Of a DNA stretch of 58,001 bases, positions 16,574 through 25,672 are shown piece by piece. The position numbers and the translations under genes are program-made. The stretch is taken from assembly GCA_026990045.1 (NCBI GenBank), contig JALSIK010000281.1, forward strand, positions 1 through 58,001, read 5' to 3'. The stretch is from Chromatiales bacterium. Its GTDB lineage: Bacteria; Pseudomonadota; Gammaproteobacteria; CAMYNG01. Positions within the stretch are counted from its first letter, which is position 1. Each line of letters begins with the position of its first letter. The notes beneath the pieces are model-generated. The model ran no database searches, was not told where the DNA came from, and saw only the letters and a list, made by a program, of their open reading frames with translations.

Positions 16574-16999
16574 CTACTTGGCCATTTCCTTGAGGGCCTT
16601 GAGGGCCTGGATCTTGACCACGTTGCGGGCCGGCTTGGCCTTGAACACGGTGGGTTCGCCGGTGAAGGGATTGATGCCCTTGCGCGCGCGGGTGGCGGGC
16701 TTGCGCACCACCTTGATCTTGAGCAGCCCCGGCAGGGTGAAGATCCCGGCCGCGTTGCGGCGGATGTGACCGTTGATGACTTCGGCCAGGCTGTCGAAGA
16801 CCAGGGTGATCTCCTTGCGGCTGAGACCGGTGCGCTCCGCCAGCTCGCGGTAGAGGGCGGACTTGGTCAGGGGTTCCTTGATGGCCTTGACGCGGGCCGG
16901 GGCGGCGGCCTTCTTCGCGGTCTTCTTCTTTGCGACCTTCTTCTTGGTCGTCTTCTTCTTCGCCGCTTTCTTCTTGGCTGTCTTTTTCTTCGCTGCCAT
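16574..16999 (-). CDS. HU/IHF-family DNA-binding protein with N-terminal lysine-rich (histone-H1-like) tail
   Basis: N-terminus MAAKKKTAKKKAAKKKTTKKKVAKKKTAKKAA. The remainder has the HU fold signature (..LSRKEITLVFDSLAEVI.. ..RKPATRARKGINPFTGEPTVFKAKPARNVVKIQALKALK). Confidence 0.85.
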   Translation of the reverse strand: MAAKKKTAKKKAAKKKTTKKKVAKKKTAKKAAAPARVKAIKEPLTKSALYRELAERTGLSRKEITLVFDSLAEVINGHIRRNAAGIFTLPGLLKIKVVRKPATRARKGINPFTGEPTVFKAKPARNVVKIQALKALKEMAK

Positions 17000-17079
17000 G
17001 GTGACTCCCGTATTGATGTTTGAGTATGGGAATGGAATTCACTATACAATAGCATAAACCCGCCGGATGTGGAGTCGTG

Positions 17080-17637
17080 ATGGGGTTTGCGCCCCGGGAA
17101 AAAGGCCGTTTTCCGCTGTGTGTCGGCATCGTGTCCGACACCCATGGCACCCTGGACGAGCGGGTGTGGCGGCTGCTGGCGGACTGTGATCTCATCGTGC
17201 ACGCCGGTGACATCGGTGCCGGGGCCATCCTCGAGCGGCTGGAATCGCGCGCGCCGGTGGTGGCGGTGGCGGGCAACAACGATGTGCCCGGCAAGTGGAA
17301 CGGGGATCACAAGCGGCTGGCCGCCCTGACCGCCGCGGCCCGGGTGGATCTCCCCGGTGGCACGCTGGCGGTGGTCCACGGTCACCGGCATGGGCCGCCT
17401 GCACGGCGCCATGCGCGGCTGCGCGGAACTTTTCCACAGGCCCGGCTGGTGGCCTACGGCCACAGCCACCGGCTGGTGATGGACACCGGTGCGACCCCCT
17501 GGGTGGTCAATCCCGGCGCGGCCGGCACCCGGCGCACCGGCGGCGGGCCGTCGGCGCTGTTGCTCCACGTCACGGCGGGCGGGTGGCGGCTGGTCCCGCA
17601 CCGGTTCGACCTGCCCGCCGTGGCCGCGGCATGCTGA
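17080..17637 (+). CDS. YfcE/MJ0936-type metallophosphoesterase
   Basis: Motifs IVSDTHG, HAGD, GNND and GHSH in the canonical order. ATG at 17080 lies 5 nt after GGAG. Confidence 0.8.
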   Translation: MGFAPREKGRFPLCVGIVSDTHGTLDERVWRLLADCDLIVHAGDIGAGAILERLESRAPVVAVAGNNDVPGKWNGDHKRLAALTAAARVDLPGGTLAVVHGHRHGPPARRHARLRGTFPQARLVAYGHSHRLVMDTGATPWVVNPGAAGTRRTGGGPSALLLHVTAGGWRLVPHRFDLPAVAAAC

Positions 17638-17978
17638 ACGGCGTGTTCGTCTGTGACCTGGCGCAGCTTCCACCGGGCGGTGCCCGGGGCTTCACGGTGC
17701 AGACCTCCCGGGGGACCCTCGATCTCATCGTCCTGCGCTGGCAGGGCCGGGTGCTGGCCTACGAGAACCGCTGTCCCCATACCGGGGTGAACCTGGACTG
17801 GGTGCCCGGGCAGTTCATGGATGCCCCTGGCCGCCATCTCCAGTGCGCCACCCACGGCGCCCTGTTCCGGCCCGAAGACGGCCGTTGCGTGGCCGGGCCC
17901 TGTGCCGGCGATGCCCTGCGCGCCCTGCCGGTGCAGGTGGAAAACGGGGCGGTGTGGCTGCCGGAGATGGACGGATGA
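17631..17978 (+). CDS. Rieske [2Fe-2S] domain protein
   Basis: CPH (..NRCPHTG..) and C..H (..LQCATHGALF..) ligand boxes. The start ATG overlaps the upstream stop (ATGCTGA). Confidence 0.8.
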   Translation: MLNGVFVCDLAQLPPGGARGFTVQTSRGTLDLIVLRWQGRVLAYENRCPHTGVNLDWVPGQFMDAPGRHLQCATHGALFRPEDGRCVAGPCAGDALRALPVQVENGAVWLPEMDG

Positions 17979-18030
17979 GGTTTTGCTTCGCCCGGGACGA
18001 TGCGCTACCGTTGGCGGGGAGTACCAGCCC

Positions 18031-18630
18031 ATGAGCCAGCATTCGCTTCTCTTTGCCTTGCGCGGCGCCCTCGTTGCAGTGGCGTGGCTCGCCATGACGG
18101 CGGCCGCCGCCGAGACCCTCTACGTCACCGACACCCTGCGGGTGGGGGTGCGGCCGGAACCCAGCGCGCGGGTGGCGCCCACCCATGTCATCACCACCGG
18201 CGCGGCGCTGGAGGTGCTGGACCGCCAGGACGGCTTTCTCCGCATCCGCACCCCGGAAGGCGTCGAGGGCTGGATCAAGGCGGTCTACGCGGCCGGGTCG
18301 CCCCCGGCCCGCCAGCAGCTCGCCGCGCTGCGCGAGCGGCACGCGGCGCTGGAGACCCGGTTCAAGGAGCTGGAGGCCAGCCTGCAGGCGGCCCAGGACG
18401 GCAACCGCACGCTGGCGCAGGAAGTGGAACGGCTGCAGGCGGAGAATCTCGAGCTGCGCCTGGAACTGGCGCGATCACAGGGAAGCGGCCGGGTTCCGCG
18501 CGGGGCCGGGCCGCAGCGGTCGTTCCTCGCCATCCCGGCGGTGGTGGCGGCAGTGGTCGCCGCCTTCGGCCTGGGCTATTTCTGGCACCACTGGCGGACG
18601 CGGCGTTTTCTCGGCGGTCACCGGCTGTAG
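18031..18630 (+). CDS. SH3b-domain / coiled-coil / C-terminal TM protein (YgiM/TIGR04211-like)
   Basis: Signal peptide, an SH3-like segment (LYVTDTLRVGVRPEPS..LEVLDRQDGFLRIRTPEGVEGWI), a coiled coil (..LEASLQAAQDGNRTLAQEVERLQAENLELRLEL..) and a TM at the end. Confidence 0.75.
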   Translation: MSQHSLLFALRGALVAVAWLAMTAAAAETLYVTDTLRVGVRPEPSARVAPTHVITTGAALEVLDRQDGFLRIRTPEGVEGWIKAVYAAGSPPARQQLAALRERHAALETRFKELEASLQAAQDGNRTLAQEVERLQAENLELRLELARSQGSGRVPRGAGPQRSFLAIPAVVAAVVAAFGLGYFWHHWRTRRFLGGHRL

Positions 18631-18681
18631 CCGTGCCGGCGCTGTGCGGCGGTGGCGGCCTCTGTGCGGGGTCACCGCTTT

Positions 18682-18730
18682 CTCGCCCCTCGCCCCTCGC
18701 CCCTCGCCACTCGCCACTCGCCACTCGCCA
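18682..18730. repeat. tandem heptamer array: (CTCGCCC)x3 (CTCGCCA)x4
   Basis: Counted unit by unit. On the minus strand it reads (TGGCGAG)4(GGGCGAG)3 and starts 4 nt after the TAG stop of CDS 18735..20102. Confidence 0.95.
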
Positions 18731-18734
18731 CTGA

Positions 18735-20102
18735 CTACGCACACAACGCAGCGACGATCTCCTTCAGCGCCTGGTCCTGGGTCAGGACCTCGTCGGTGAG
18801 GGTGAGCACGGCCTCCTCTTCCAGTCCCAGCGCCCCGAGCAGCGCCGGCGGCAGCTCCTCGCTGTCGGCGTCGGACAGATCGTGGGCCTTGAGCAGCCGG
18901 TCTGCCAGCAGCACGATCTGGACGTAGCGCAGGTGGTCCCCGCGATAATCGATGTCGTGGTGATGGCGTACCGCGGCAGTGACTTCTCCGGGCATCTTCC
19001 ACGCCTTCATGAGCAGCTCGCCCAGCTCCGTGTGTTCCACGCCCAGGAGCTGGTGCTCCAGCTGTCGCAGCGGCACCTCCGGCCGGACCGTGGCCACCTT
19101 GGTCAGCCAGAAGAACTCGCTGGGAAAGAGCTGGTGCAGGACCATGTAGCCCAGATCGTGCAGCAGGCCGGCCAGGTACGCGGTACCCGGCTTGACGTCC
19201 AGCTCCCGCGGGACCGCCTCCCCCAGGCGCTGGGCCAGGGTGGCCGTGTAGGTGGCGTGTACCCAGAACCGCTCCCGCCCCAGGGGACCGCTGGCCGGCA
19301 TGGCGCAGTGGCCGGCCAGGGCCAGGCCCAGCGCCAGGTTGACCACGTTCTCGAACCCCAGCACCCGGAACACCGCGTCCTCGATGGACTTGATGTTGCC
19401 GGACTGGCCGAAGAAGGCCGAGTTGGCGTAGCGCACCACCTGCGCGGCCAGCGCCGGGTCCTCCGCCACCACCTCGCTGAGCTGGGCCACGGTGGTGTCG
19501 GGGTCGTTGCGCATGTGCAGGATCCGGGCCGCCAGGTGGGGCATGGGCGGGAGCTGGTCGAGTCGCTTGACCGCGGCGCGCAGGTCCAGCCGCGGCATCT
19601 CCCCCGAGGCCGTGGGCGGTGGGACGTCCTCGCCCCGCGGATCGGAGATGGAGCTGCCGATGAGCAGGTGATCGGCCAGGAGCTGGACGTGGGCGGCGTC
19701 GAACCGGATGAGCCCCGAGTTGTCGGGGCTCAGGAAGTGGATGTGATCCTGGTCGCTGAGCATCACGTCCACGATGATCTGGGGGTTGCACAGGTCGCCC
19801 ACGGTTTCCGGCGTGGCCGATTCGCAGGCGGCCAGCAGGGCAGCGCGCCGGTCCGGATCCATGGGGGCCAGGTGCCGGTGCAGGAGCTTGTTGAGCCGGT
19901 CCAGGTTGAGCACGCGGCTGGCCGGAAAGATGGGCAGGACCAGGCCGGCCTCGTCCTCCAGCAGCTCCAGCGTGGCCAGGTTCTCCATGGCCACGGTGCG
20001 GGTGAGCCACTGGCCGCTGGCGGTGCGGCCGGGGGCGGTGATGGTGGAATAGGGGATGTTCTGCTTCTCCAGCAGCAGCTTGATGAGACTGGTGATTGCC
20101 AT
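18735..20102 (-). CDS. YbaK/aminoacyl-tRNA-deacylase-like domain fused to an HDOD domain
   Basis: ATG at 20102 after AAGGA. The C-terminal half carries HDOD-type sequence (..LPPMPHLAARILHMRNDPDTTVAQLSEVVAEDPALAAQVVRYANSAFFG..IKSIEDAVFRVLGFENV..). The N-terminal ~150 aa resemble YbaK/ProX-type deacylases. Confidence 0.75.
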   Translation of the reverse strand: MAITSLIKLLLEKQNIPYSTITAPGRTASGQWLTRTVAMENLATLELLEDEAGLVLPIFPASRVLNLDRLNKLLHRHLAPMDPDRRAALLAACESATPETVGDLCNPQIIVDVMLSDQDHIHFLSPDNSGLIRFDAAHVQLLADHLLIGSSISDPRGEDVPPPTASGEMPRLDLRAAVKRLDQLPPMPHLAARILHMRNDPDTTVAQLSEVVAEDPALAAQVVRYANSAFFGQSGNIKSIEDAVFRVLGFENVVNLALGLALAGHCAMPASGPLGRERFWVHATYTATLAQRLGEAVPRELDVKPGTAYLAGLLHDLGYMVLHQLFPSEFFWLTKVATVRPEVPLRQLEHQLLGVEHTELGELLMKAWKMPGEVTAAVRHHHDIDYRGDHLRYVQIVLLADRLLKAHDLSDADSEELPPALLGALGLEEEAVLTLTDEVLTQDQALKEIVAALCA

Positions 20103-20370
20103 GTGACGTCCTTTGGTTCTTATTGTTTTTACTTGGGAAAGACACCGAAACCGTGCCCGGGTTCCGGTTTCCACCCATGCCTTATATAAAGATATACCAT
20201 GGCGATGGGGGACGCTACCAGCCGTCCCCGCCGCTGGGGCGCGGTGGCCCCGCCCGCGAACCCCGGGCGCGCCGGCGAAGATTCGGGGACGCCCCCGGTC
20301 CCCGTCCTGTTAGGATTATGATGGAGCCCGGGGCGGCGACCGCCGTCCCCCACCGGAACAGCGAGGCCAC

Positions 20371-21555
20371 ATGAGCGAACGGACGTCCCTGGATGCAGAA
20401 CGCCTCAGGCGGCTGGAGCCGTTGTCGGCCCTCTCGCCCCAGCGCCTCCAGGAACTGGTGGCCCTGTCCACGGTGGAACGGCTGGGCATGGGCGTGAGCG
20501 TGTTCCGCGAGGGGGACGTGGACAACCAGACCATCTACCTGCTCAGCGGAGACGTGCAGCTCACGTCCTCGGACGGCAGCGTGGACCGCCTGCTGTCGGC
20601 CCGCTCGGAGGCGGCCCGCTTTCCCCTCGACGACAGCCAGCCGCGCCAGTCCTCTTGCACCGCCCTGTCCAACATCGAGATCGTGCGCATCGACAACAGC
20701 GTGCTGGACTACATGATGATGTGGGACCAGCTCGCCGGCGTCGCCGGGGTGGACCTGGCGCCACCCCCGCCCGCAGCCTCCCGCGCTCCCGCCGCCGGCG
20801 GCACCGCTGCACGGTCCGCCGCCCACGGGCCGGCGCCGGCGGAGACACCGGCGCCGCCACCGCGGCCGCCCTCCGGCGCGCCATCGGCATCGGTGCCGCG
20901 CCCGCGGCAGAAGCCCGGCGAGTGGATCCGCAAGATGCATCACATCATGGCGTTCAAGAACCTGCCGCCGGCCAACGTCAAGGCGCTGCTGGAGAAGATG
21001 GAACGGGTGCCGGTGAAGGCGGGCGAGGTGGTGGTGCGCCAGGGCGACCCGGGCGACTACTACTACGTGCTGGTGGACGGCGAGGCCGAGGTGACGCAGA
21101 CCATCCAGCTCGCCACCCTGCGCCCCGGGGCGTCGTTCGGCGAGGAGTCGCTGGTGACCGACAGCGCCCGCAACGCCACCGTCACCATGAAGACCGACGG
21201 CGCCGTGATGCGCCTGTCCAAGCAGGACTTCGATGCGCTCCTGCGCGAGCCCATGCTGGATCGCATCGCCCCCGACGATGCCCGCGAGCAGGTGAAGAAC
21301 GGCGCGGTATGGCTGGACGTGCGGCACGCCTCGGAGTACCACCACGGCCACTTCCCCGGGGCGGTCAACCTGCCCCTGCACGAGCTGCGCCAGCGCATGG
21401 ACGAGCTGGACCGCGACGTGCACTACATCTGCTGCTGCCGCACCGGCCACCGTAGCTCCGCGGCGGCCTTCCTGCTGGTGCAGCAGGGCTTCCGCGCCAG
21501 CGTGCTCTCCGGCGGCCTCCAGGTCATGCCCCAGGACCTGGTGCGCGGCGGCTGA
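20371..21555 (+). CDS. two cNMP-binding domains fused to a C-terminal rhodanese domain
   Basis: The first cNMP-like domain is degenerate. A Pro/Ala-rich linker follows, then a canonical second domain (..RPGASFGEESLVTDSARNATVT..) and a rhodanese with active-site loop CCRTGHRS. Confidence 0.8.
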   Translation: MSERTSLDAERLRRLEPLSALSPQRLQELVALSTVERLGMGVSVFREGDVDNQTIYLLSGDVQLTSSDGSVDRLLSARSEAARFPLDDSQPRQSSCTALSNIEIVRIDNSVLDYMMMWDQLAGVAGVDLAPPPPAASRAPAAGGTAARSAAHGPAPAETPAPPPRPPSGAPSASVPRPRQKPGEWIRKMHHIMAFKNLPPANVKALLEKMERVPVKAGEVVVRQGDPGDYYYVLVDGEAEVTQTIQLATLRPGASFGEESLVTDSARNATVTMKTDGAVMRLSKQDFDALLREPMLDRIAPDDAREQVKNGAVWLDVRHASEYHHGHFPGAVNLPLHELRQRMDELDRDVHYICCCRTGHRSSAAAFLLVQQGFRASVLSGGLQVMPQDLVRGG

Positions 21556-21558
21556 GCC

Positions 21559-21906
21559 TCAGCCCGGCGGCCAGCGCATGGGCCGGCCGGCCAGCAGGTG
21601 CAGGTGGAGGTGGAACACCGTCTGGCCGCCGTGGCGGTTGCAGTTGAGCACCAGGCGGTAGCCCTCGCCGGCCACGCCCAGGTCCCGGGCCAGCCGGGCC
21701 GCGGTGTGGATCATGTGCCCGGCCAGCGGCGCGTCCGCCGCGCCCAGCTCGTCCAGGGTCGCGATGTGGCGGCGGGGGATGATCAGCACGTGGTGCGGGG
21801 CCTGGGGGGCGATGTCGCGGAAGGCCACCACCTGGTCGTCCTGGTGCAGCACCTCGCTGTCGGTCTCGCCGCGGGCCACGCGGCAGAAGATGCAGTCGGA
21901 GTTCAT
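21559..21906 (-). CDS. HIT-family (histidine triad) nucleotide-binding protein
   Basis: MNSDCIFCRV.., ..DIAPQAPHHVLIIPRRHI.., and the histidine triad HLHLHLL. Confidence 0.85.
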   Translation of the reverse strand: MNSDCIFCRVARGETDSEVLHQDDQVVAFRDIAPQAPHHVLIIPRRHIATLDELGAADAPLAGHMIHTAARLARDLGVAGEGYRLVLNCNRHGGQTVFHLHLHLLAGRPMRWPPG

Positions 21907-21964
21907 GACAGTGCGTTTCCTGTCCCGGCCTGGTGGATGCCGGAAATCATAACCCATCCGTCCA

Positions 21965-21999
21965 CTCGCCCCTCGCCACTCGCCACTCGCCACTCGCCC
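21965..21999. repeat. tandem heptamer array: CTCGCCC (CTCGCCA)x3 CTCGCCC
   Basis: Same unit as 18682..18730. On the minus strand it starts 3 nt after the TGA of tas and ends 59 nt before the HIT gene start. Confidence 0.95.
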
Positions 22000-22002
22000 C
22001 TA

Positions 22003-23046
22003 TCATGGAGCCGGATTGGGCTGGCGGCGGTGGATGGCCTCGATGCCCTCCAGCACGGCGTCGGGCAGCGTCAACCGGGCGCTGGCGAGGTTGGCCTCCA
22101 GCTGGTCCATGCGCGTGGCGCCGATGATGACGCTGGTGAGAAAGGGCCGGCCCAGCGCCCAGGCCAGGGCCATCTGCGCCGGGTCCAGGCCGTGCGCGCG
22201 CGCCAGCTCCACGTAGGCCCGGGTGGCGGCCTCGGCCTCGGGCGAGGAGTAGCGCGTGTAGTCGGGCCAGCGCGTCAGCCGCGCCCCGGGCGGACGGGCG
22301 CCGTCGAGATACTTGCCGGACAGCACGCCGAAGCCCAGCGGCGAGTAGGCCAGCAGGCCGCAGCGCTCGCGCAGCGAGACCTCGGCCAGACCCACCTCGT
22401 AGGTGCGGTTGAGGAGGCTGTAGGGGTTCTGCACCGAGACCACCCGCGGCAGGCCCAGGCGCCCGGCGGTGTCGAGAAACCGCATCACGCCCCAGGGCGT
22501 CTCGTTGGACAGGCCGATGCAGCGGATGCGCCCGGCCTGCACGTGGCGGTCGAGCGCCGCCAGGGTCTCGGCGATGGGTGTGAAGTCGTCGGGCTCGGCC
22601 TCGGCGTAGCCCAGGCGGCCGAAGAAGTTGGTGCGCCGCTCGGGCCAGTGGAGCTGGTAGAGGTCCACGTAATCGGTCTGGAGGCGTTCGAGGCTGGCCG
22701 CCAGGGCGGCGTCGATGTGCTCGCGCACGTAGCGGGTGCGGCCCTCGCGGATGTGGTCGATCCAGCCCTCGCCGGGGCCGGCGATCTTGGTGGCCAGGAT
22801 CACCCGATCGCGCTCGCCGCGCCGCTTGAGCCAGCGGCCGATGATGGTCTCGGTCCGCCCATAGGTGGCCGCCTGCGGCGGAATGGGATAGAGCTCGGCG
22901 GTGTCGATGAAGTTGACCCCGGCGTCGAGCGCGGTGTCGAGCTGGGCGAAGGCCTCGGCCTCGGTGTTCTGCTCGCCGAAGGTCATGGTGCCCAGGCAGA
23001 TGACGCTGACCTCGATGCCGGTGTCGCCCAGCGGCCGGTACTCCAT
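22003..23046 (-). CDS. tas: NADP(H)-dependent aldo-keto reductase, Tas-like
   Basis: The N-terminus (..LGTMTFGEQNTEAEAFAQLDTALDAGVNFIDTAELYPIPP..) closely parallels E. coli Tas as I recall it. The length (347 aa) also fits. Confidence 0.8.
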   Translation of the reverse strand: MEYRPLGDTGIEVSVICLGTMTFGEQNTEAEAFAQLDTALDAGVNFIDTAELYPIPPQAATYGRTETIIGRWLKRRGERDRVILATKIAGPGEGWIDHIREGRTRYVREHIDAALAASLERLQTDYVDLYQLHWPERRTNFFGRLGYAEAEPDDFTPIAETLAALDRHVQAGRIRCIGLSNETPWGVMRFLDTAGRLGLPRVVSVQNPYSLLNRTYEVGLAEVSLRERCGLLAYSPLGFGVLSGKYLDGARPPGARLTRWPDYTRYSSPEAEAATRAYVELARAHGLDPAQMALAWALGRPFLTSVIIGATRMDQLEANLASARLTLPDAVLEGIEAIHRRQPNPAP

Positions 23047-23057
23047 GCGGTCCTCCT

Positions 23058-24155
23058 TCAGGTGAACAGGGCCAGCACCCCGGTGTAGCCGTAGAGCCGG
23101 TCGCCCGCGATCTCGCCGTTGGCATAGAAGCCGGCCACGGGCACGTCGCCCAGCTCCTCGCCCAGGTAGCGCAGTTCCCGCCCGGGCTCGCCGAACATGT
23201 GCTGGCCGCGGCCGACGCAGGAAAAGTACAGCCCGCCGCGGGCCGGCGCCGGCAGCCGCTCGCGCAGCCGCCGCACCATGCGGCGCAGGTCGGCGGCGGC
23301 GCTCTCCGCGTCGCGGCGGCAGAACATGAGCGTCGCCCCTTCCTCCAGGTGCTCGCCGACGCCCACGATACCCTGCTCCACGTCGAGGCTGATGAGGTTG
23401 CGCACCAGGTAGTCACCGGTGTCGGTGCCGTGCACGGGGAAGCCCACGAAGATGTAGCCCCCGAGGCGGTGCAGGTTGTGGGCCAGCAGCTCGCCCACGT
23501 CCTCGCGCAGCACGTCCAGGGCCGGCCGGCCGTCGAGCTGCAGGAGCAGGTTGCCCTCGCAGCGGGTGATGGTGCGCACCGGGCCGATGGGCGTGCAGCC
23601 CTGGGTGAGGCCGGTGAACACCGGGATCCCGTCGTCCAGCAGCACGCCGGACAGGCCGCCCTCGCACAGGGCGTTGGCGAGCTGGAAGTGGTAACCGCGC
23701 GACGAGCTCAGGCCGCCGCACAGGTAGCCGTTGCCCAGCCGCCCGGGCAGCTCCCGCACCAGGCGCGGCACCTGCGGGTTGCGGGGATCGCCGTGGACCA
23801 CGGCGAACTGGACGCCGGCGGCGGGAAAGGCCGCCGCCTCGGCCGCCGCCGCGTCCTCGAACACGCGGAAATGGTCGCGCGGCAGGTCGGTGACCAGCAG
23901 GACCAGGGCCGGGGCGTCGTAGTACTCGGTGCCGGTGGCGCAGATGCCGTAGCCCACGGTGCCCACCCAGTCACGCACGGGGGTGCCCTCCTGCAGGTAG
24001 CGCAGCAGGTGGCCCAGGTCCGAGGCCAGGGCGTCGGTGGCATAGACGAAGCCCAGGGAGGCCTCGGGCGGCAACGCCGGCAGCCGGCCCAGGCAGTCGT
24101 CGGCCGCCGCCAGCCAGTTGCGCTTGCCGCTGTGGGCGAGAAGGAATCGTTCCAT
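23058..24155 (-). CDS. FIST-domain signal-transduction protein
   Basis: FIST_N/FIST_C-like pattern (..LGFVYATDALASDL.. ..AVVHGDP.. ..GGLSSS.. ..GFYANGEI..). Its stop lies 11 nt upstream of the tas start. Alternative GTG start at 24176. Confidence 0.75.
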   Translation of the reverse strand: MERFLLAHSGKRNWLAAADDCLGRLPALPPEASLGFVYATDALASDLGHLLRYLQEGTPVRDWVGTVGYGICATGTEYYDAPALVLLVTDLPRDHFRVFEDAAAAEAAAFPAAGVQFAVVHGDPRNPQVPRLVRELPGRLGNGYLCGGLSSSRGYHFQLANALCEGGLSGVLLDDGIPVFTGLTQGCTPIGPVRTITRCEGNLLLQLDGRPALDVLREDVGELLAHNLHRLGGYIFVGFPVHGTDTGDYLVRNLISLDVEQGIVGVGEHLEEGATLMFCRRDAESAAADLRRMVRRLRERLPAPARGGLYFSCVGRGQHMFGEPGRELRYLGEELGDVPVAGFYANGEIAGDRLYGYTGVLALFT

Positions 24156-24258
24156 GGGTCGCACCCGCTCCGCCACGGGGGCCCCATGCTAGCACGCCGG
24201 CGGCGGGAACGGGGGCGGGCGCCTCCGGTACAATGGCGGGATGCCGCCGCAAGCCGCC

Positions 24259-25602
24259 ATGACCGACATCCCGCGCGTGGGCTTCGTCAGCCTCGGCTGC
24301 GCCAAGGCCACGGTGGACTCGGAGCGCATCCTCACCCGCCTGCGGGCCGAGGGTTACGCCATCGTGGGCCGCTACGACGAGGCCCACCTGGTCATCGTCA
24401 ACACCTGCGGCTTCATCGACGCGGCGGTGGAGGAGTCCCTGGCCGCCATCGCCGAGGCCCTGGACGAGAACGGGCGCGTGGTGGTCACCGGCTGCCTGGG
24501 CGCGCGGGCGGAGGTGATCCGCGAGCGCTTTCCCCAGGTGCTGGCGGTCACCGGTCCCCACGCCGAGGAGGCGGTGATGGCCGCGGTGCACGCCCACCTG
24601 CCGCGGCGCCACGACCCGCGCCTGGACCTGGTCCCCGCGGGCGGGATCCGGCTCACCCCGCGCCATTACGCCTGGCTCAAGATCAGCGAGGGGTGCAATC
24701 ACCGCTGCACCTTCTGCATCATCCCCGCCCTGCGCGGGCGCCTGGTCTCGCGCGATCCCGGCGCGGTCCTGGCCGAGGCCGAGACCCTGGTCCGGGCCGG
24801 CGTGCGCGAGCTCATGGTCATCGCCCAGGACACCGCGGCCTACGGCGTGGACCGCCGCTACCGCCACGGCTTCTGGAACGGGCGCCCGGTGCGGGCCCGC
24901 ATCACCCACCTGGCCCGTGCCCTGGGCGGCCTGGGGGCCTGGGTGCGCCTGCACTATGTCTATCCCTATCCCCACGTGGACGAGCTGGTGGAACTCATGG
25001 CCGAGGGCGTGGTGCTGCCCTACCTGGACGTCCCGCTGCAGCACGCCAGCCCGCGGATCCTGCGTGCCATGCGCCGGCCCGCCGATGCCGGGGACATGCT
25101 GGAGCGCATCGCGGCCTGGCGCCGCACCTGCCCGGAGCTGACCCTGCGTTCCACCTTCATCGTGGGCTTTCCCGGCGAGACCGAGCGCGAGTTCGAGACC
25201 CTGCTGGCGTTCCTGCGCGAGGCCGGGCTGGACCGGGTGGGGGCGTTCGCCTATTCGCCGGTGGAGGGCGCGGCGGCCAACGCCCTGCCCGGCGCGGTCC
25301 CCGAGGCGGTGAAGCAGGAGCGGCTGGAACGGCTCATGGCGGTGCAGGCGGAGATCTCCGCCCGGCGCCTGCAGCGGCGGGTGGGCACCCGCACCACCGC
25401 GGTGGTGGACGCGGTGGCCGGCGACGGGCTGCGCCTGGGCCGCAGCCCGGCGGAGGCGCCGGAGATCGACGGCGTGATCCGGATCCACGGTTGCGATGCC
25501 GCGCCCGGGGAACGGGTGGAGGTGGAGATCACCGGCGCCGATGCCCACGACCTGGAGGCCCGGCCGCTGGTTCCGGCGGCCGCCGCGCCATCAGGATGCT
25601 GA
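24259..25602 (+). CDS. rimO: ribosomal protein S12 methylthiotransferase RimO
   Basis: MTTase N-domain ([25 protein letters not shown]), radical-SAM CNHRCTFC, and a C-terminal TRAM domain. Confidence 0.9.
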   Translation: MTDIPRVGFVSLGCAKATVDSERILTRLRAEGYAIVGRYDEAHLVIVNTCGFIDAAVEESLAAIAEALDENGRVVVTGCLGARAEVIRERFPQVLAVTGPHAEEAVMAAVHAHLPRRHDPRLDLVPAGGIRLTPRHYAWLKISEGCNHRCTFCIIPALRGRLVSRDPGAVLAEAETLVRAGVRELMVIAQDTAAYGVDRRYRHGFWNGRPVRARITHLARALGGLGAWVRLHYVYPYPHVDELVELMAEGVVLPYLDVPLQHASPRILRAMRRPADAGDMLERIAAWRRTCPELTLRSTFIVGFPGETEREFETLLAFLREAGLDRVGAFAYSPVEGAAANALPGAVPEAVKQERLERLMAVQAEISARRLQRRVGTRTTAVVDAVAGDGLRLGRSPAEAPEIDGVIRIHGCDAAPGERVEVEITGADAHDLEARPLVPAAAAPSGC

Positions 25603-25672
25603 AAAAGGCGTCCTGACTTTTTCCGGCGGACTTCGCGCGCGAGCGTGCTGTCTTCCAACAGCCCGCCAGGAG

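Noticed and set aside
18682-18730. Possible CRISPR array, with the related array at 21965..21999
   Set aside because: The units are 7 nt, contiguous and without spacers, and no cas genes are present. These are simple tandem repeats, not CRISPR.
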